A stretch of DNA of 64,000 nt from Methanobacteriota archaeon. GTDB lineage: Archaea; Thermoplasmatota; Poseidoniia; Poseidoniales; Poseidoniaceae. Position 1 is the first letter of the stretch. Each line of letters starts with the position of its first letter. Below are positions 55,260-64,000 of the stretch, one piece after another. A program made the translations under genes and the position numbers. The DNA is taken from assembly GCA_002722135.1 (NCBI GenBank), contig PBKJ01000027.1, positions 6,968 through 70,967 of the forward strand. The letters are read 5' to 3'. The notes under the pieces were generated by a model. The model was not told the DNA's origin, made no database searches, and was given only the letters and a program-made list of their open reading frames with translations.

Positions 55260-56453
55260 TCACGAAGGGCTGAGCACCAGGTCCTCCCGGTTGAATTGAC
55301 GCTGAGCGAACCAGAGGGCCGCACCTGTGTAGATCATGGTCGTGCTCAACCACACGACGGTATGGACTGGATCCACCTGATCCAACAACAGCTCGCGCAT
55401 GGCCAACAAGACGTTGACCACGGGTACTGCAAACCAATACGTCTCAACGCCATCGAGGTTGATGAACTGGACCACCACGGCCGGGATGATCACTGCAAGG
55501 CTCGCAGGAGCCAGCAATGCGCCTGCTTCTTTCACGGATTTCGATCGAATGGCGAGGGCGAGTTCACTGGCCACCACCATGACGGAATACGCGAAGATGG
55601 CCACCGACAACAGAACAAGCGCTCCGAGACCGACTTCGGGCGTGGACAGAAGGCTCGGACCTGCAAGGAAGGTCAGCGCAAACATGAGGCCACCCAACTG
55701 CAACACCACGCCGACCAGCACAATGGTGGACACCGCAGCCCACTTGCCGGCCAGGAGTTCCCAACGCCGTGCTGGAGCGCAAAGTAAGGCCTCCATGGAA
55801 CCACGTTCACGTTCACCGGCCGTCATGTCGATGGCCGGTTGGACGCCACTCGTCACGACCCAGACGGTGATGATGAGTGGGATAAAGGATGAAAGCAACC
55901 ATCCCTGAACCTCACCTTGGGATGCCAAATCCTCGGACGTTGGATCGTAACGGACCGGGTCAAGGGTCGTTGATGCGTTCAATCCACCCTCTGTGACCCG
56001 CCGGTTTCGCTCCGACTCTTCCCATTCGGACAACGAAAGCAGGGCTCGCTGACGTGCATCGGCGCTGAGGCTCGAGGTGGACAGATGGCGAAGATGGAAC
56101 TCGTAGACATCTCCCGTTTCGTTCCAGTGGACCACGAGGTGCACCGAGCCGTTTCGAACCGATGCGTCATCCACGGTACGGTCGTCCACAGGACCGGCCA
56201 AGGACACGACGACCGACCGGTTTTCCAGGTCACGAACCAGATCATCCGGGACGTTTTCCCCCCTGAACAAGACCTCGACCTCAGTTGCCGCCAATTCTTG
56301 GGCCTCGCCGCCAATAACGAGCGGAAGTCCGATGAAAAGAAGCGGAAACAGAAGCAACGGCACCAACACCATCGTGAGGATCGTGCGCCAATCCCTGACG
56401 AAATCCAGCAATTCGCGTTGAGCGATGGCGAGGACCCTTCGCTGAGCGTTCAT
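55260..56453 (-). CDS. ABC-2 type transporter permease
   Basis: An N-terminal TM, a large extracytoplasmic loop, then a 5-6 TM bundle. Its 3' end overlaps the upstream ATPase gene by 4 nt. Confidence 0.7.
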   Translation of the reverse strand: MNAQRRVLAIAQRELLDFVRDWRTILTMVLVPLLLFPLLFIGLPLVIGGEAQELAATEVEVLFRGENVPDDLVRDLENRSVVVSLAGPVDDRTVDDASVRNGSVHLVVHWNETGDVYEFHLRHLSTSSLSADARQRALLSLSEWEESERNRRVTEGGLNASTTLDPVRYDPTSEDLASQGEVQGWLLSSFIPLIITVWVVTSGVQPAIDMTAGERERGSMEALLCAPARRWELLAGKWAAVSTIVLVGVVLQLGGLMFALTFLAGPSLLSTPEVGLGALVLLSVAIFAYSVMVVASELALAIRSKSVKEAGALLAPASLAVIIPAVVVQFINLDGVETYWFAVPVVNVLLAMRELLLDQVDPVHTVVWLSTTMIYTGAALWFAQRQFNREDLVLSPS

Positions 56454-57220
56454 GGCACAGCCTCCATACCGGCTTGGAATTCCGGCGTCGCCTCCTTGGT
56501 CAGCGCAAGGTAGAGCTCCTCCATCGACGCTGTGTCGTGTTCTTTGAGCAGCGCATCGACACGCCCATCCGCTACAAGCCGAGCGTTGTGCATGACCATG
56601 ACGCGTTCACACACGCCTGCAGCCCGAAGATCATGTGTTGACCAAACGACGCCTCGCCCCTCATCGACGAGGGATGCAATCAACGCTCGGACCGCCCTTG
56701 CGCTGGTGATGTCCAATCCCGCCGTTGGTTCATCCAAAAGGAGCAATTCTGGCTCATGGACCAGTGCACGTATCAGGGCTGTTTTCTGGCGCATTCCACG
56801 ACTAAATCCCTCTGTTCTTCGGTCCAATGCGCCCCCCAGTCCCAATTGAACCGCCAATGATTCGCTCTTTTTTCTCGACACATCGTCACGCATCCCGAAG
56901 AGACGCGCATGGAATCGAATGTTTTCCCACGCCGTCAGGCGAAGGTGGAGGCCTGTTGACTCGGTCATGACGCCGATCCGTTTTCTGTGCAGCGTCAAAT
57001 CGCCGTCAGCGAATTGGGCTGTTCCGGCCGTCGGACGGTAGACGCCTGCCAGCAACCTCAACAGCGTGGTTTTTCCGGCTCCGTTTCCGCCGATGAGGGC
57101 GGTGCTGGTGCAGCGTTCAATGTCCGCAGTAACGCCATCAACGGCGACAACGTCACCGAAGATTTTGTTCACATCCCTCAAGGCGACGAGGGGTGCTGAA
57201 CGGTCATCGTTGGACGTCAT
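56450..57220 (-). CDS. ABC transporter ATP-binding protein
   Basis: Walker A GGNGAGKTT, Q-loop, signature motif and Walker B LLLDEPTAGLD. Confidence 0.85.
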   Translation of the reverse strand: MTSNDDRSAPLVALRDVNKIFGDVVAVDGVTADIERCTSTALIGGNGAGKTTLLRLLAGVYRPTAGTAQFADGDLTLHRKRIGVMTESTGLHLRLTAWENIRFHARLFGMRDDVSRKKSESLAVQLGLGGALDRRTEGFSRGMRQKTALIRALVHEPELLLLDEPTAGLDITSARAVRALIASLVDEGRGVVWSTHDLRAAGVCERVMVMHNARLVADGRVDALLKEHDTASMEELYLALTKEATPEFQAGMEAVP

Positions 57221-57654
57221 GCGTGTTCTTCCTTTGTGGCCAATTCAACCAAGACGCCGCCCGTTGACTTGGGGTGCACGAAGGCAATGCGCATTCCTCC
57301 AGCGCCCTTGCGCGGGGTTTCATCGATCATGCGTACGCCGTTGGCCAAGAGGTGCTGAATCATGCCTTCGAGATCGCCAACACGGAAACACACCTGCTGG
57401 ACCCCTGGGCCTCGACGTTCAAGAAATCGTCCAATCGGCGTATCGGGGCCGGTGGGTTCGAGAAGTTCGATTTTCGCAGGGGGGCGCTGCTGGCCTTCAT
57501 CGGTGGCGAAGAATCGTGTGGTCACGCCTTGGTCCTCGACGCGTTCATCATCTGCGCCTTGAGTGAGCCCAATCAAGGTCCAAAACGGAGAGTCATCCAC
57601 CAAACTCTCGGTTGCAATGCCGATGTGATCAAGTGTGATGGGTCCAAAGCTCAT
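57217..57654 (-). CDS. mce: Methylmalonyl-CoA epimerase (glyoxalase/VOC family)
   Basis: LDHIGIA...VCFRV...IAFVHPKSTGGVLVEL are the VOC metal-ligand motifs typical of MCE. Confidence 0.7.
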   Translation of the reverse strand: MSFGPITLDHIGIATESLVDDSPFWTLIGLTQGADDERVEDQGVTTRFFATDEGQQRPPAKIELLEPTGPDTPIGRFLERRGPGVQQVCFRVGDLEGMIQHLLANGVRMIDETPRKGAGGMRIAFVHPKSTGGVLVELATKEEHA

Positions 57655-57663
57655 GCACATCCC

Positions 57664-59247
57664 TCAGAATCCGCTTGGCGGTGTGTATTCGCCGAACACC
57701 TTTCGCAGCACGCCACAAATTTCCCCAACCGTGGCCTCAGCCCGGACGGACTCAAGCACCATTGGGAAGATGTTCTCCTCCGTTCCAGCGACGCGCTCGA
57801 GCTCGGCCAACGCTTGGTTGGTGCGTTCACCGTCCCTCTGTTCTCGAACCTGGTGGAGCCTTGCTTCTTGTGCTCGCGCCAAATCAGCATCAATGGTTTG
57901 TACTGGCGGCGAGGTTGATTCGTCCATCATGTGGACGTTGACGCCAACGATGGAACGTTCTCCAGTTTCCAATGCCCTTTGATGAGCAAAGGCAGCCTTG
58001 TGAATTTCGCGTTGCTGGTAACCACCTTCCACCGCTTTGAGCGCACCACCTTTCTTGGCAATCCTGTCCAATTCCGCCTTGACTTCCTCGATCATGAGCG
58101 ACGTCAGTCGCTCAACGTGGTACGAACCACCAAGCGGGTCCACCACGTCGGCCGCACCCGATTCCTCTGCGATGATTTGTTGCGTCCGCAAGGCCACGGT
58201 GGCCGAGGCTTCGGTTGGTAGCCCCAGGGCTTCATCGTAGGAGTTTGTGTGCAACGATTGTGTTCCCCCGCAAACCGCCGCCAACGCTTGGATGGTGACC
58301 CGGGTGATGTTGTTGAGCGGTTGCTGCGCGGTGAGGGACACACCTGCCACTTGCGTATGGAACCTGAGCATCGATGACTTCGGGTTCTTCGGTGCGTATC
58401 GGTCCATCATCAAATCGTGCCACAGGACGCGGGCTGCCCTGAATTTGGCGACCTCTTCGAAAAAGTCGTTGTGGCAGTTGAAGAAAAAGGAGAGGCGGGG
58501 GGCGAAGGCATCGACGTCGAGACCTCGTGAAACGGCATCATCGACATACTGCAACGCGTTCGCCAGCGTGAACGCCAGTTCCTGCGCTGCCGTTGAACCG
58601 GCCTCGCGAATGTGGTATCCTGAGATGCTGATGGTGTTCCATCTTGGCACATGTGCTGCGCAATACTCGAAAATGTCGCTGATCAGGCGCATGCTTGGTT
58701 CTGGTGGAAAAATGTAGGTCCCACGGGCGATGTATTCCTTCAGGATGTCGTTTTGAATCGTACCAGAAATCGCATCTGATGCAATACCCTGTTCTTCGGC
58801 CACCACGATGTACATCGCAAGAAGCACCATCGCTGGAGCGTTGATCGTCATTGACGTCGACACTTTGTCAAGCGGTATCTGTTGAAACAACTCGCGCATG
58901 TCTTCGAGCGTCGAAATCGAGACACCAACCCGTCCGACTTCGCCCATGGACAACGGATCATCTGCATCCAATCCGAGTTGTGTAGGAAGATCGAACGCCA
59001 CTGAGAGCCCTTTCTGGCCCCGCTCGAGGAGCAAACGGAAGCGTTCGTTTGTCGCGGCTGCTGAGGAGAAGCCAGCGTACTGGCGCATGGTCCACCGGCG
59101 TTGCGTGTACATGGTGCGGTGAATCCCACGTGCGTATGGAGCAACGCCGGGTTCACCTTGCCCATGGTGATCGTCAGCAACACTCGCAGAGGTGCTGAAC
59201 AATTCCAAGGGGAGTCCGCCAAGCGTGTGGCGGGCTTGCTCGTCCAT
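57664..59247 (-). CDS. mcmA: Methylmalonyl-CoA mutase, large (catalytic TIM-barrel) subunit
   Basis: PYARGIHRTMYTQRRWTMRQYAGFSSAAATNERF... is the MCM N-terminal domain. No B12-binding domain is present; it is split off, as is usual in archaea. Confidence 0.85.
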   Translation of the reverse strand: MDEQARHTLGGLPLELFSTSASVADDHHGQGEPGVAPYARGIHRTMYTQRRWTMRQYAGFSSAAATNERFRLLLERGQKGLSVAFDLPTQLGLDADDPLSMGEVGRVGVSISTLEDMRELFQQIPLDKVSTSMTINAPAMVLLAMYIVVAEEQGIASDAISGTIQNDILKEYIARGTYIFPPEPSMRLISDIFEYCAAHVPRWNTISISGYHIREAGSTAAQELAFTLANALQYVDDAVSRGLDVDAFAPRLSFFFNCHNDFFEEVAKFRAARVLWHDLMMDRYAPKNPKSSMLRFHTQVAGVSLTAQQPLNNITRVTIQALAAVCGGTQSLHTNSYDEALGLPTEASATVALRTQQIIAEESGAADVVDPLGGSYHVERLTSLMIEEVKAELDRIAKKGGALKAVEGGYQQREIHKAAFAHQRALETGERSIVGVNVHMMDESTSPPVQTIDADLARAQEARLHQVREQRDGERTNQALAELERVAGTEENIFPMVLESVRAEATVGEICGVLRKVFGEYTPPSGF

Positions 59248-59289
59248 GGCGATAAGGCAGCCGAACCGCCCCTTGAACCCTCGTCCCCG

Positions 59290-59787
59290 TCAGTGGGTCA
59301 CGCCGCCTTTCCCGTGGACGTGCCCATGCGCAATTTCGCCTTCTTCAGCAGCACGGAGCTCGACCACTTCAACGGAGAACGTGAGGCTCTTTCCTGCAAG
59401 CTGGTGGTTGAAATCAGCGGTGATCGTGTCCTCTTCGACCGCGACGACAGAGAAGGGACGTGGGCCGTCCATCATGTCAGCGACCAAGGTCATTCCAACT
59501 TCGAGCGGCACCTCGGCTTCGACGGCCGCGAAGTGAGCACGAGGGAACGTGGTGACGTTGGCTTCCTCACGTTGCCCATAGGCACGTTCGGGTTCCAAGG
59601 TGAACGTTCGACGCTCGCCGACCTTGGCCCCGAGCATTTCTTCCTCGAACCCCGGAATCATTTGGCGGTGGCCGACGAGGAAGACCAAGGGGTCCCGTCC
59701 CTCGCTGGAATCGAACACTTCACCCGTGTCTGGGAGCGTGCCTGTGTAGTGGACGGATGCAACGGTGTTGTTCTGAATGGTGTCCAT
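59290..59787 (-). CDS. slyD: FKBP-type peptidyl-prolyl isomerase, SlyD-like with a His-rich C-terminus
   Basis: FKBP core (VHYTGTLPDTGEVFDSS...GFEEEMLGAKVGE), an insert-in-flap domain, and the tail EEGEIAHGHVHGKGG. Confidence 0.75.
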   Translation of the reverse strand: MDTIQNNTVASVHYTGTLPDTGEVFDSSEGRDPLVFLVGHRQMIPGFEEEMLGAKVGERRTFTLEPERAYGQREEANVTTFPRAHFAAVEAEVPLEVGMTLVADMMDGPRPFSVVAVEEDTITADFNHQLAGKSLTFSVEVVELRAAEEGEIAHGHVHGKGGVTH

Positions 59788-59791
59788 ACTG

Positions 59792-60658
59792 TCATCTCCT
59801 TGTTTCCATGCGACGAATGAGCCGCTGCAATTCTGCTGCAACGGTCGGAGGGAGAATCCCCTCGGCCTCCTTTTGTTCGATGTATTCGATGGCGGCCTCA
59901 AAGGAGATCCGCTCGCCTTTGGCCCAAATTTGACCAAGCAGGTTCGAGCGGTGCTCCTCAGCAACCCCAGGGTCAGCGAGCATGTCTCGTGCAGCGTACT
60001 TGTATTCCAGGTACTTCTGCCGGTTCAGCTTCTTGACCTGTTTTTGCCGGCCGCCGCCCTTCTTCTCTCTTGAGCCCTTGCGGCGCTGTCCGGTGGTGCG
60101 ACCCGGGGATTTCACGGCGATTTGTTTGAACACGTTCTGCGTCCCTGCAGACACCGATTCGGGGGCCTCTGGGGCCGAAGGCTCCTCTGGCAATTCCGTG
60201 ACGGCTTCCACCGTCGATGCGGCAGCCGTGACGGTTGACGTGGCTTCGGAGATGACGACAGGGGCTTCGGGTGCTGGAGAATTTGCCCGAAGGATGGATT
60301 GTGCTGCAGCCTTGTTCTCCTGTGAAAGACGAGCAAGGCGCTCACGCTCGGTTTCTTTCGGCTCAGCGGGGTGCGCAGATGCCGGGGTGGTGGTGGGCGT
60401 TGTGGACTCCACTTGGACGGTGCCGGTTGCTTTGTCGCTCAGCGCTTTTTGCGCTTCTGCGGCTTTCTTGAGGAGTTCGTTCTGGCCCTGAGGTTGAGCC
60501 CCGGTCCGAGCTGCCGCGGTGCGTTGTTGTTGGGCCTCGGCGTCGCGAGCACGCTTCGCGTTCTCTTCACGCCGTCGCTGTCGCTCCGCTCCTGCGTTTT
60601 GTGCAAATGGATTCAAGGGTTCGCGACGACGTCCACCACGACCACCTCGACCCTGCAC
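59792..60658 (-). CDS. Hypothetical protein with an Arg/Gln/Ala-rich disordered N-terminal half and a conserved-looking ~80-aa C-terminal domain
   Basis: A long ORF. The C-terminus KYLEYKYAARDMLADPGVAEEHRSNLLGQIWAKGERISFEAAIEYIEQKEAEGILPP looks globular. No recognised family. Confidence 0.45.
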   Translation of the reverse strand: MQGRGGRGGRRREPLNPFAQNAGAERQRRREENAKRARDAEAQQQRTAAARTGAQPQGQNELLKKAAEAQKALSDKATGTVQVESTTPTTTPASAHPAEPKETERERLARLSQENKAAAQSILRANSPAPEAPVVISEATSTVTAAASTVEAVTELPEEPSAPEAPESVSAGTQNVFKQIAVKSPGRTTGQRRKGSREKKGGGRQKQVKKLNRQKYLEYKYAARDMLADPGVAEEHRSNLLGQIWAKGERISFEAAIEYIEQKEAEGILPPTVAAELQRLIRRMETRR

Positions 60659-60714
60659 GATGCTTCCTCACTCTTTGCCCCTGACCACGGGATAAAAAGG
60701 ATTGGCAGCAGGAA

Positions 60715-61722
60715 TCACCAGGCAATCGGGGTCGCATCGGTGCGAAGACCGGGGTCAACGGCCGACGCATGGTACGGGGTTGTCCTCCCAGACTGCAACT
60801 CAAGCCAACCAAGTTGGGCGATCATCGTGCCGTTGTCGATGCAGTACATTCGAGGTGGTGCATGACTGCTTCCTTCACGCTCACTGGCCATGATGTCACA
60901 CATGTCACGGAGGCGCTGATTGCAAGCGACACCGCCACCGAGGAGGAGCTCGTGTTTTCCAGCATGCGCCATCGCGCGTTCTGCAACTTCAACACATGCA
61001 GCGAAGGCGTGTTCTTGAAGCGACCAACAGACCGCATCAAACGGGACACCGCGATGCACCATCGCGACGGCTGCAGTCATGAGGCCTGAGAACGCCATGT
61101 CCATCCCCCGGACCGCATACGGCAGTTCCAGTCCCTGCAGGCTGGCGTCGGGATTGGCTTCTAAGTAGGCTCGGGCATGCTGTTCAATGACGGGGCCGCC
61201 TGGGAAAGGATGCCCAAATTTGCGGGCAAATTTGTCAAGCATGTTCCCAATGCCGATGTCGAGGGTTTCACCGAGCACGCGGTACCGGCCATCCAATCGG
61301 GTGATCACTTGGGTGTTCCCGCCTGAAACGTACAGCAGAACGGGATCATCACAGTCGCATTCCCAACGTCCGATTTCGATGTGGGCCACGCAGTGATTGA
61401 CGCCGATGAGTGGAACATCATGCGCGGCCGCAAGCGCTCGGGCAATCCCCGCGCCCACTTGCAGACAAGGCCCCATGCCAGGTCCTTGCGAAAACGCGAC
61501 GCCGCTGAGGTTTGAAAGGTCGAGGGCATGACGTTCTAGGAAGGTGTTCAGCAAGCCTTGTGCAACATCGCGGTGATGATCTGCAGCTTCCCGGGGGTGA
61601 ATGCCACCTTCGGTGGGACGGATGGTATCGATCGCCGCTGGAAGCGTGGAGCCATCACCTTGTACGGCTCCGAACGAAAGCGTGTGGGCCGTGGACTCTA
61701 GCCCCAGCACCCAACCGTCCAT
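60715..61722 (-). CDS. kae1: tRNA N6-adenosine threonylcarbamoyltransferase Kae1 (no Bud32 fusion)
   Basis: MDGWVLGLESTAHTLSFGAV... matches the Kae1/TsaD N-terminus, followed by HVxxH metal motifs. The start was set at the internal Met. Confidence 0.85.
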   Translation of the reverse strand: MDGWVLGLESTAHTLSFGAVQGDGSTLPAAIDTIRPTEGGIHPREAADHHRDVAQGLLNTFLERHALDLSNLSGVAFSQGPGMGPCLQVGAGIARALAAAHDVPLIGVNHCVAHIEIGRWECDCDDPVLLYVSGGNTQVITRLDGRYRVLGETLDIGIGNMLDKFARKFGHPFPGGPVIEQHARAYLEANPDASLQGLELPYAVRGMDMAFSGLMTAAVAMVHRGVPFDAVCWSLQEHAFAACVEVAERAMAHAGKHELLLGGGVACNQRLRDMCDIMASEREGSSHAPPRMYCIDNGTMIAQLGWLELQSGRTTPYHASAVDPGLRTDATPIAW

Positions 61723-61772
61723 GCTTACGTGACGTGTTGATGATTCATCAACCCTCACCTTCTGGTCCACAC

Positions 61773-63020
61773 ATGCGCGTTCTGGTCACCACCACCGGAA
61801 CGGTCGTGACCCATGCCTTGGCTGATGACCTTTTATTGCTCGATGGAGCGGACATTCTCATAGAGTCCGGCGTCATTTCATCTATTGCACCTTCACAAGA
61901 ACTCGTTCAAGAATTGGACGCCGACGGCATGGCACCATCGAATCTCGAGGTGTTGGATGTGGGGCGAAAGTCCGTTGTTCCTGGATTGATTGACGCTCAC
62001 ACACACCTCATCTGGGCTGGTGATCGCAGCGACGAGGTCGGGAAGCGTCTGTCCGGTATGTCCTACCATGACATCGCTGCGCAGGGAGGTGGCATTGGAC
62101 GAACGGTCCGTGCGACGGCCGAGGCGACCGTCGATGAACTACGGCAGATTGGCATCAAGCGAGCCTCCATCGCCCGGCGTTCTGGTACGACGTACCTTGA
62201 GGCAAAATCTGGGTACGGCCTCGAAACTCAGGCTGAGTTGAACCAGATTCAAGCGGCTCATGAGACTGGAAACGTCGAGGGTTTGCCTGGAGTCCATGCA
62301 ACGTGGCTTGGTGCCCACGCCATACCACAAGGCCATACTGAAGAGCAAACGGTGGAGCGGTTGCTCTCAGAGCAACTGCCATCTGTCATTGAACAAGGCT
62401 ACGCTGAGAGCGTCGACGTGTTTTGCGAACCCGGCTGGTTTTCCATCGACTCCACTGAACGGATCATGAACGAAGCCATGGCGCGTGGGCTTTCAGGTCG
62501 GCTGCACATTGACGAATTTGTCGACAGCGGCGGAGCTGCCTTGGCAGCAAAGCTCGGTGTTGTGACCGCCGATCACACGTTGAAATCCTCAAACGAGGGT
62601 CGACAAGCGCTGGCCGACGCCGAAGTGATCACGGGCTATCTCCCAGGTACGCCCCACATGCTTGGAATGGACATGCCGAACATTCCTGCAACACCGGGGC
62701 CGTTCACACTCGCTTCGGATTTCAACCCGAACTGCCCATCACTCAGCCTCCCGTTTGCGGCGTCACTTGCCGTTCACCGCTCCGACGTTACACCGCAGGC
62801 TGCATTGGCCGCAGTCACCAGCACTGCAGCCATGAGCGTACCTCGTACTGACGGGGTGAAGCACGGCGTGCTGGAACCTGGCGCCGCGGGTTCACTCAAC
62901 GTGCTTGCCGGTGGATCATGGGAAGGGTGGTGCCTCAGTCCTGGCCATGATCCGTTTCAATGGACGGTGATCGACGGCCACGTGACGCAGCATGAAAACT
63001 CTCTTCATGTCGCTCAATAG
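61773..63020 (+). CDS. hutI: Imidazolonepropionase-like amidohydrolase (HutI family)
   Basis: PGLIDAHTHLIWAGDRSDE...RLSGMSYHDIAAQGGGI closely follows the HutI pattern. No other hut genes are present in the window. Confidence 0.7.
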   Translation: MRVLVTTTGTVVTHALADDLLLLDGADILIESGVISSIAPSQELVQELDADGMAPSNLEVLDVGRKSVVPGLIDAHTHLIWAGDRSDEVGKRLSGMSYHDIAAQGGGIGRTVRATAEATVDELRQIGIKRASIARRSGTTYLEAKSGYGLETQAELNQIQAAHETGNVEGLPGVHATWLGAHAIPQGHTEEQTVERLLSEQLPSVIEQGYAESVDVFCEPGWFSIDSTERIMNEAMARGLSGRLHIDEFVDSGGAALAAKLGVVTADHTLKSSNEGRQALADAEVITGYLPGTPHMLGMDMPNIPATPGPFTLASDFNPNCPSLSLPFAASLAVHRSDVTPQAALAAVTSTAAMSVPRTDGVKHGVLEPGAAGSLNVLAGGSWEGWCLSPGHDPFQWTVIDGHVTQHENSLHVAQ

Positions 63021-63046
63021 ACGATTCATGCAAGGAGCGATGCAAC

Positions 63047-63391
63047 ATGGGTAAATCGGATGTCAAAAGAGGGTGGTTTGAGACGGTTATCTGTTCCGCG
63101 CGCCGAGGTCAGGACGCCAGACTTCGCAGGGCGCTCGAGGCACGGGCATCTTTCAAGCGCAGGCAAGAGGGGTGTGTTGCATCTTGGGTGTCGCGCTCGC
63201 ATGACGGTCAACCGATGTTTCTGGTCCAAACTTGGTACAAGGACGAAGCTGCATGGAGGAGGATCGCCGAACAAATGGAGAAAGCGATGGGTGAGCAAGA
63301 TGCATTCGAGCATCTCCTGTCCGGCCCGCCGCTTGTTGGAGCCTTCGAAGGTCCAAATGACGATTTTTCCGCGCACCCTCACGACGCATAA
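63047..63391 (+). CDS. Small alpha+beta barrel protein (ABM/Dabb-like), putative
   Basis: A 114-aa ORF with the ferredoxin-like pattern of antibiotic-biosynthesis-monooxygenase-like proteins. Weak. Confidence 0.35.
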   Translation: MGKSDVKRGWFETVICSARRGQDARLRRALEARASFKRRQEGCVASWVSRSHDGQPMFLVQTWYKDEAAWRRIAEQMEKAMGEQDAFEHLLSGPPLVGAFEGPNDDFSAHPHDA

Positions 63392-63598
63392 GGTGGATTA
63401 TGCGCGATTCACCGGAGTCCTTGGACGATGAGGGCCCCCCAGCAATCCAACCTTGGCTTGCAGTGCCCCGTTTTTCTGGCCATAAGCTGCGCAACATCAC
63501 AAGAATACCGAGTTTCCGACGCAAAGGAGGGGGTTGAAGCACCAAACTTCCTCGTTTTTGCTCAGAACTTCTTTGAACGTCGCCCCAGACCAAGAAGC

Positions 63599-63757
63599 AT
63601 GACCACCGGTCCAATCCAGGGCTTTTGCCTCAAATGCAAAACGTATGGGGTCATCAAAGACGGCAAGGAAGTCGAGATGGCGAACGGCCGCGTCCGATTG
63701 GCAGGCTTCTGTTCCGAAACAGGTTGCACAGGGAAGATCTCGAAAATCGTCCGTTAA
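63599..63757 (+). CDS. Small zinc-ribbon protein (52 aa; DUF5679-like)
   Basis: MTTGPIQGFCLKCKTYGVIKDGKEVEMANGRVRLAGFCSETGCTGKISKIVR carries a CxxC...C(x)4C four-Cys ribbon. The upstream part of the track ORF (63428-63598) is probably non-coding. Confidence 0.4.
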   Translation: MTTGPIQGFCLKCKTYGVIKDGKEVEMANGRVRLAGFCSETGCTGKISKIVR

Positions 63758-63808
63758 ACCTGCATACCGATGTGGATAAATAGGCCCCCGCGGTGGCCAA
63801 CACGACGA

Positions 63809-63881
63809 GGGCTCGTGGTCTAGGGGTTATGACGTCGCCTTGACATGGCGAAGATCGCCAGTTCGATTCTGGCCGAGCCCA
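63809..63881 (+). tRNA. tRNA-Val (anticodon GAC)
   Basis: Manual cloverleaf: acceptor GGGCUCG/CGAGCCC, D-arm GTCTAGGGGTTATGAC, anticodon stem CGCC/GGCG with loop TTGACAT, T-arm GCCAG-TTCGATT-CTGGC, discriminator A. There is no encoded CCA. Confidence 0.85.
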
Positions 63882-64000
63882 CCTCGTTTCACCTACCGGG
63901 TGACAACTGTCTATTCGTCATTCGATAGACAAATGATAGAATGACTGTTGGGCGCAACAATATTCACTCTTCAAGCAGTTCCTCGGGGCGCGGAATGTTG

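Noticed and set aside
55240-55437. A small + strand ORF between the RHH gene and the ABC permease, as a possible antitoxin or toxin partner of the RHH protein.
   Set aside because: It lies antisense across the permease C-terminus and the intergenic region, has Arg/Gly-rich composition, and has no partner-like features.
61773-63020. Reading the HutI-family gene as evidence of a histidine-utilisation (hut) pathway.
   Set aside because: No hutH, hutU or hutG are present in the window. I keep the family call but do not infer the pathway.
63428-63598. An N-terminal extension of the small zinc-ribbon ORF.
   Set aside because: There is no sequence conservation signal. The compact 52-aa ribbon starting at MTTGPIQGFCLKCK fits known small Zn-ribbon proteins. 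The extension more likely contains the promoter.

Overview
This is a 64-kb, GC-rich (~60%) chromosomal segment that I judge to be archaeal, probably a mesophilic marine euryarchaeote of the Thermoplasmatota / Marine-Group-II type. That assignment is my inference from gene content, not a database hit. The supporting genes are archaeal/eukaryal-type ribosomal proteins (S19e, L39e, L31e, S17e), tRNA-splicing endonuclease EndA, archease, Kae1, geranylgeranyl reductase, an archaeal-type CcmE with a CxxxY motif, an archaeal-size SRP RNA, and several very large acidic surface proteins with calcium-binding repeats. No reverse gyrase is present.

The window is almost entirely coding and very compact, with many 1-4 nt start/stop overlaps. 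Housekeeping genes make up most of it:
- information processing: dinB (5' truncated by the window), leuS, topA, kae1, endA, a SpoU methyltransferase;
- metabolism and energy: pyrD, mdh, pntAA/pntAB/pntB, methylmalonyl-CoA mutase and epimerase, hutI, a class-I/II aminotransferase, an MqnC/CofH-family radical SAM enzyme;
- cofactor and modification: a preQ0/archaeosine precursor cluster (folE-queE-queC-msrB-queD with an upstream ribbon-helix-helix gene), ygfZ-iscA, slyD;
- transport: an RND-superfamily exporter and an ABC-2 exporter pair.

Three blocks of secreted or surface proteins are interleaved with these.
- Block 1 (8.2-18.5 kb, + strand): a ~1000-aa polytopic membrane protein with a TPR-like cytoplasmic domain, a ~1040-aa protein made of thrombospondin-type-3 (TSP3) calcium-binding repeats, and a PKD-domain surface protein, all tightly coupled to pepP and the radical SAM gene.
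- Block 2 (18.5-22.7 kb, - strand): a ~1030-aa lipoprotein carrying TSP3 repeats fused to a C-terminal PNGase-F-like (peptide N-glycanase) module.
- Block 3 (41.9-49.9 kb): an ~1160-aa surface protein in an apparent operon with a PqqD-like (RRE-type) protein and a membrane protein, flanked by a divergent FGE-sulfatase-domain protein and a TPR protein.

An M6 (InhA-like) metalloprotease, a TatC-like protein with a C-terminal extension, and a secreted Cys/His-motif protein form another secretory cluster at 32-37 kb.

The ORF track misses two RNA genes. An SRP (7S) RNA lies at ~28697-29002 and contains the universal helix-8 motif. A tRNA-Val(GAC) lies at 63809-63881, and GC content drops abruptly right after it at the window edge. 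I saw no CRISPR array, transposase or integrase.
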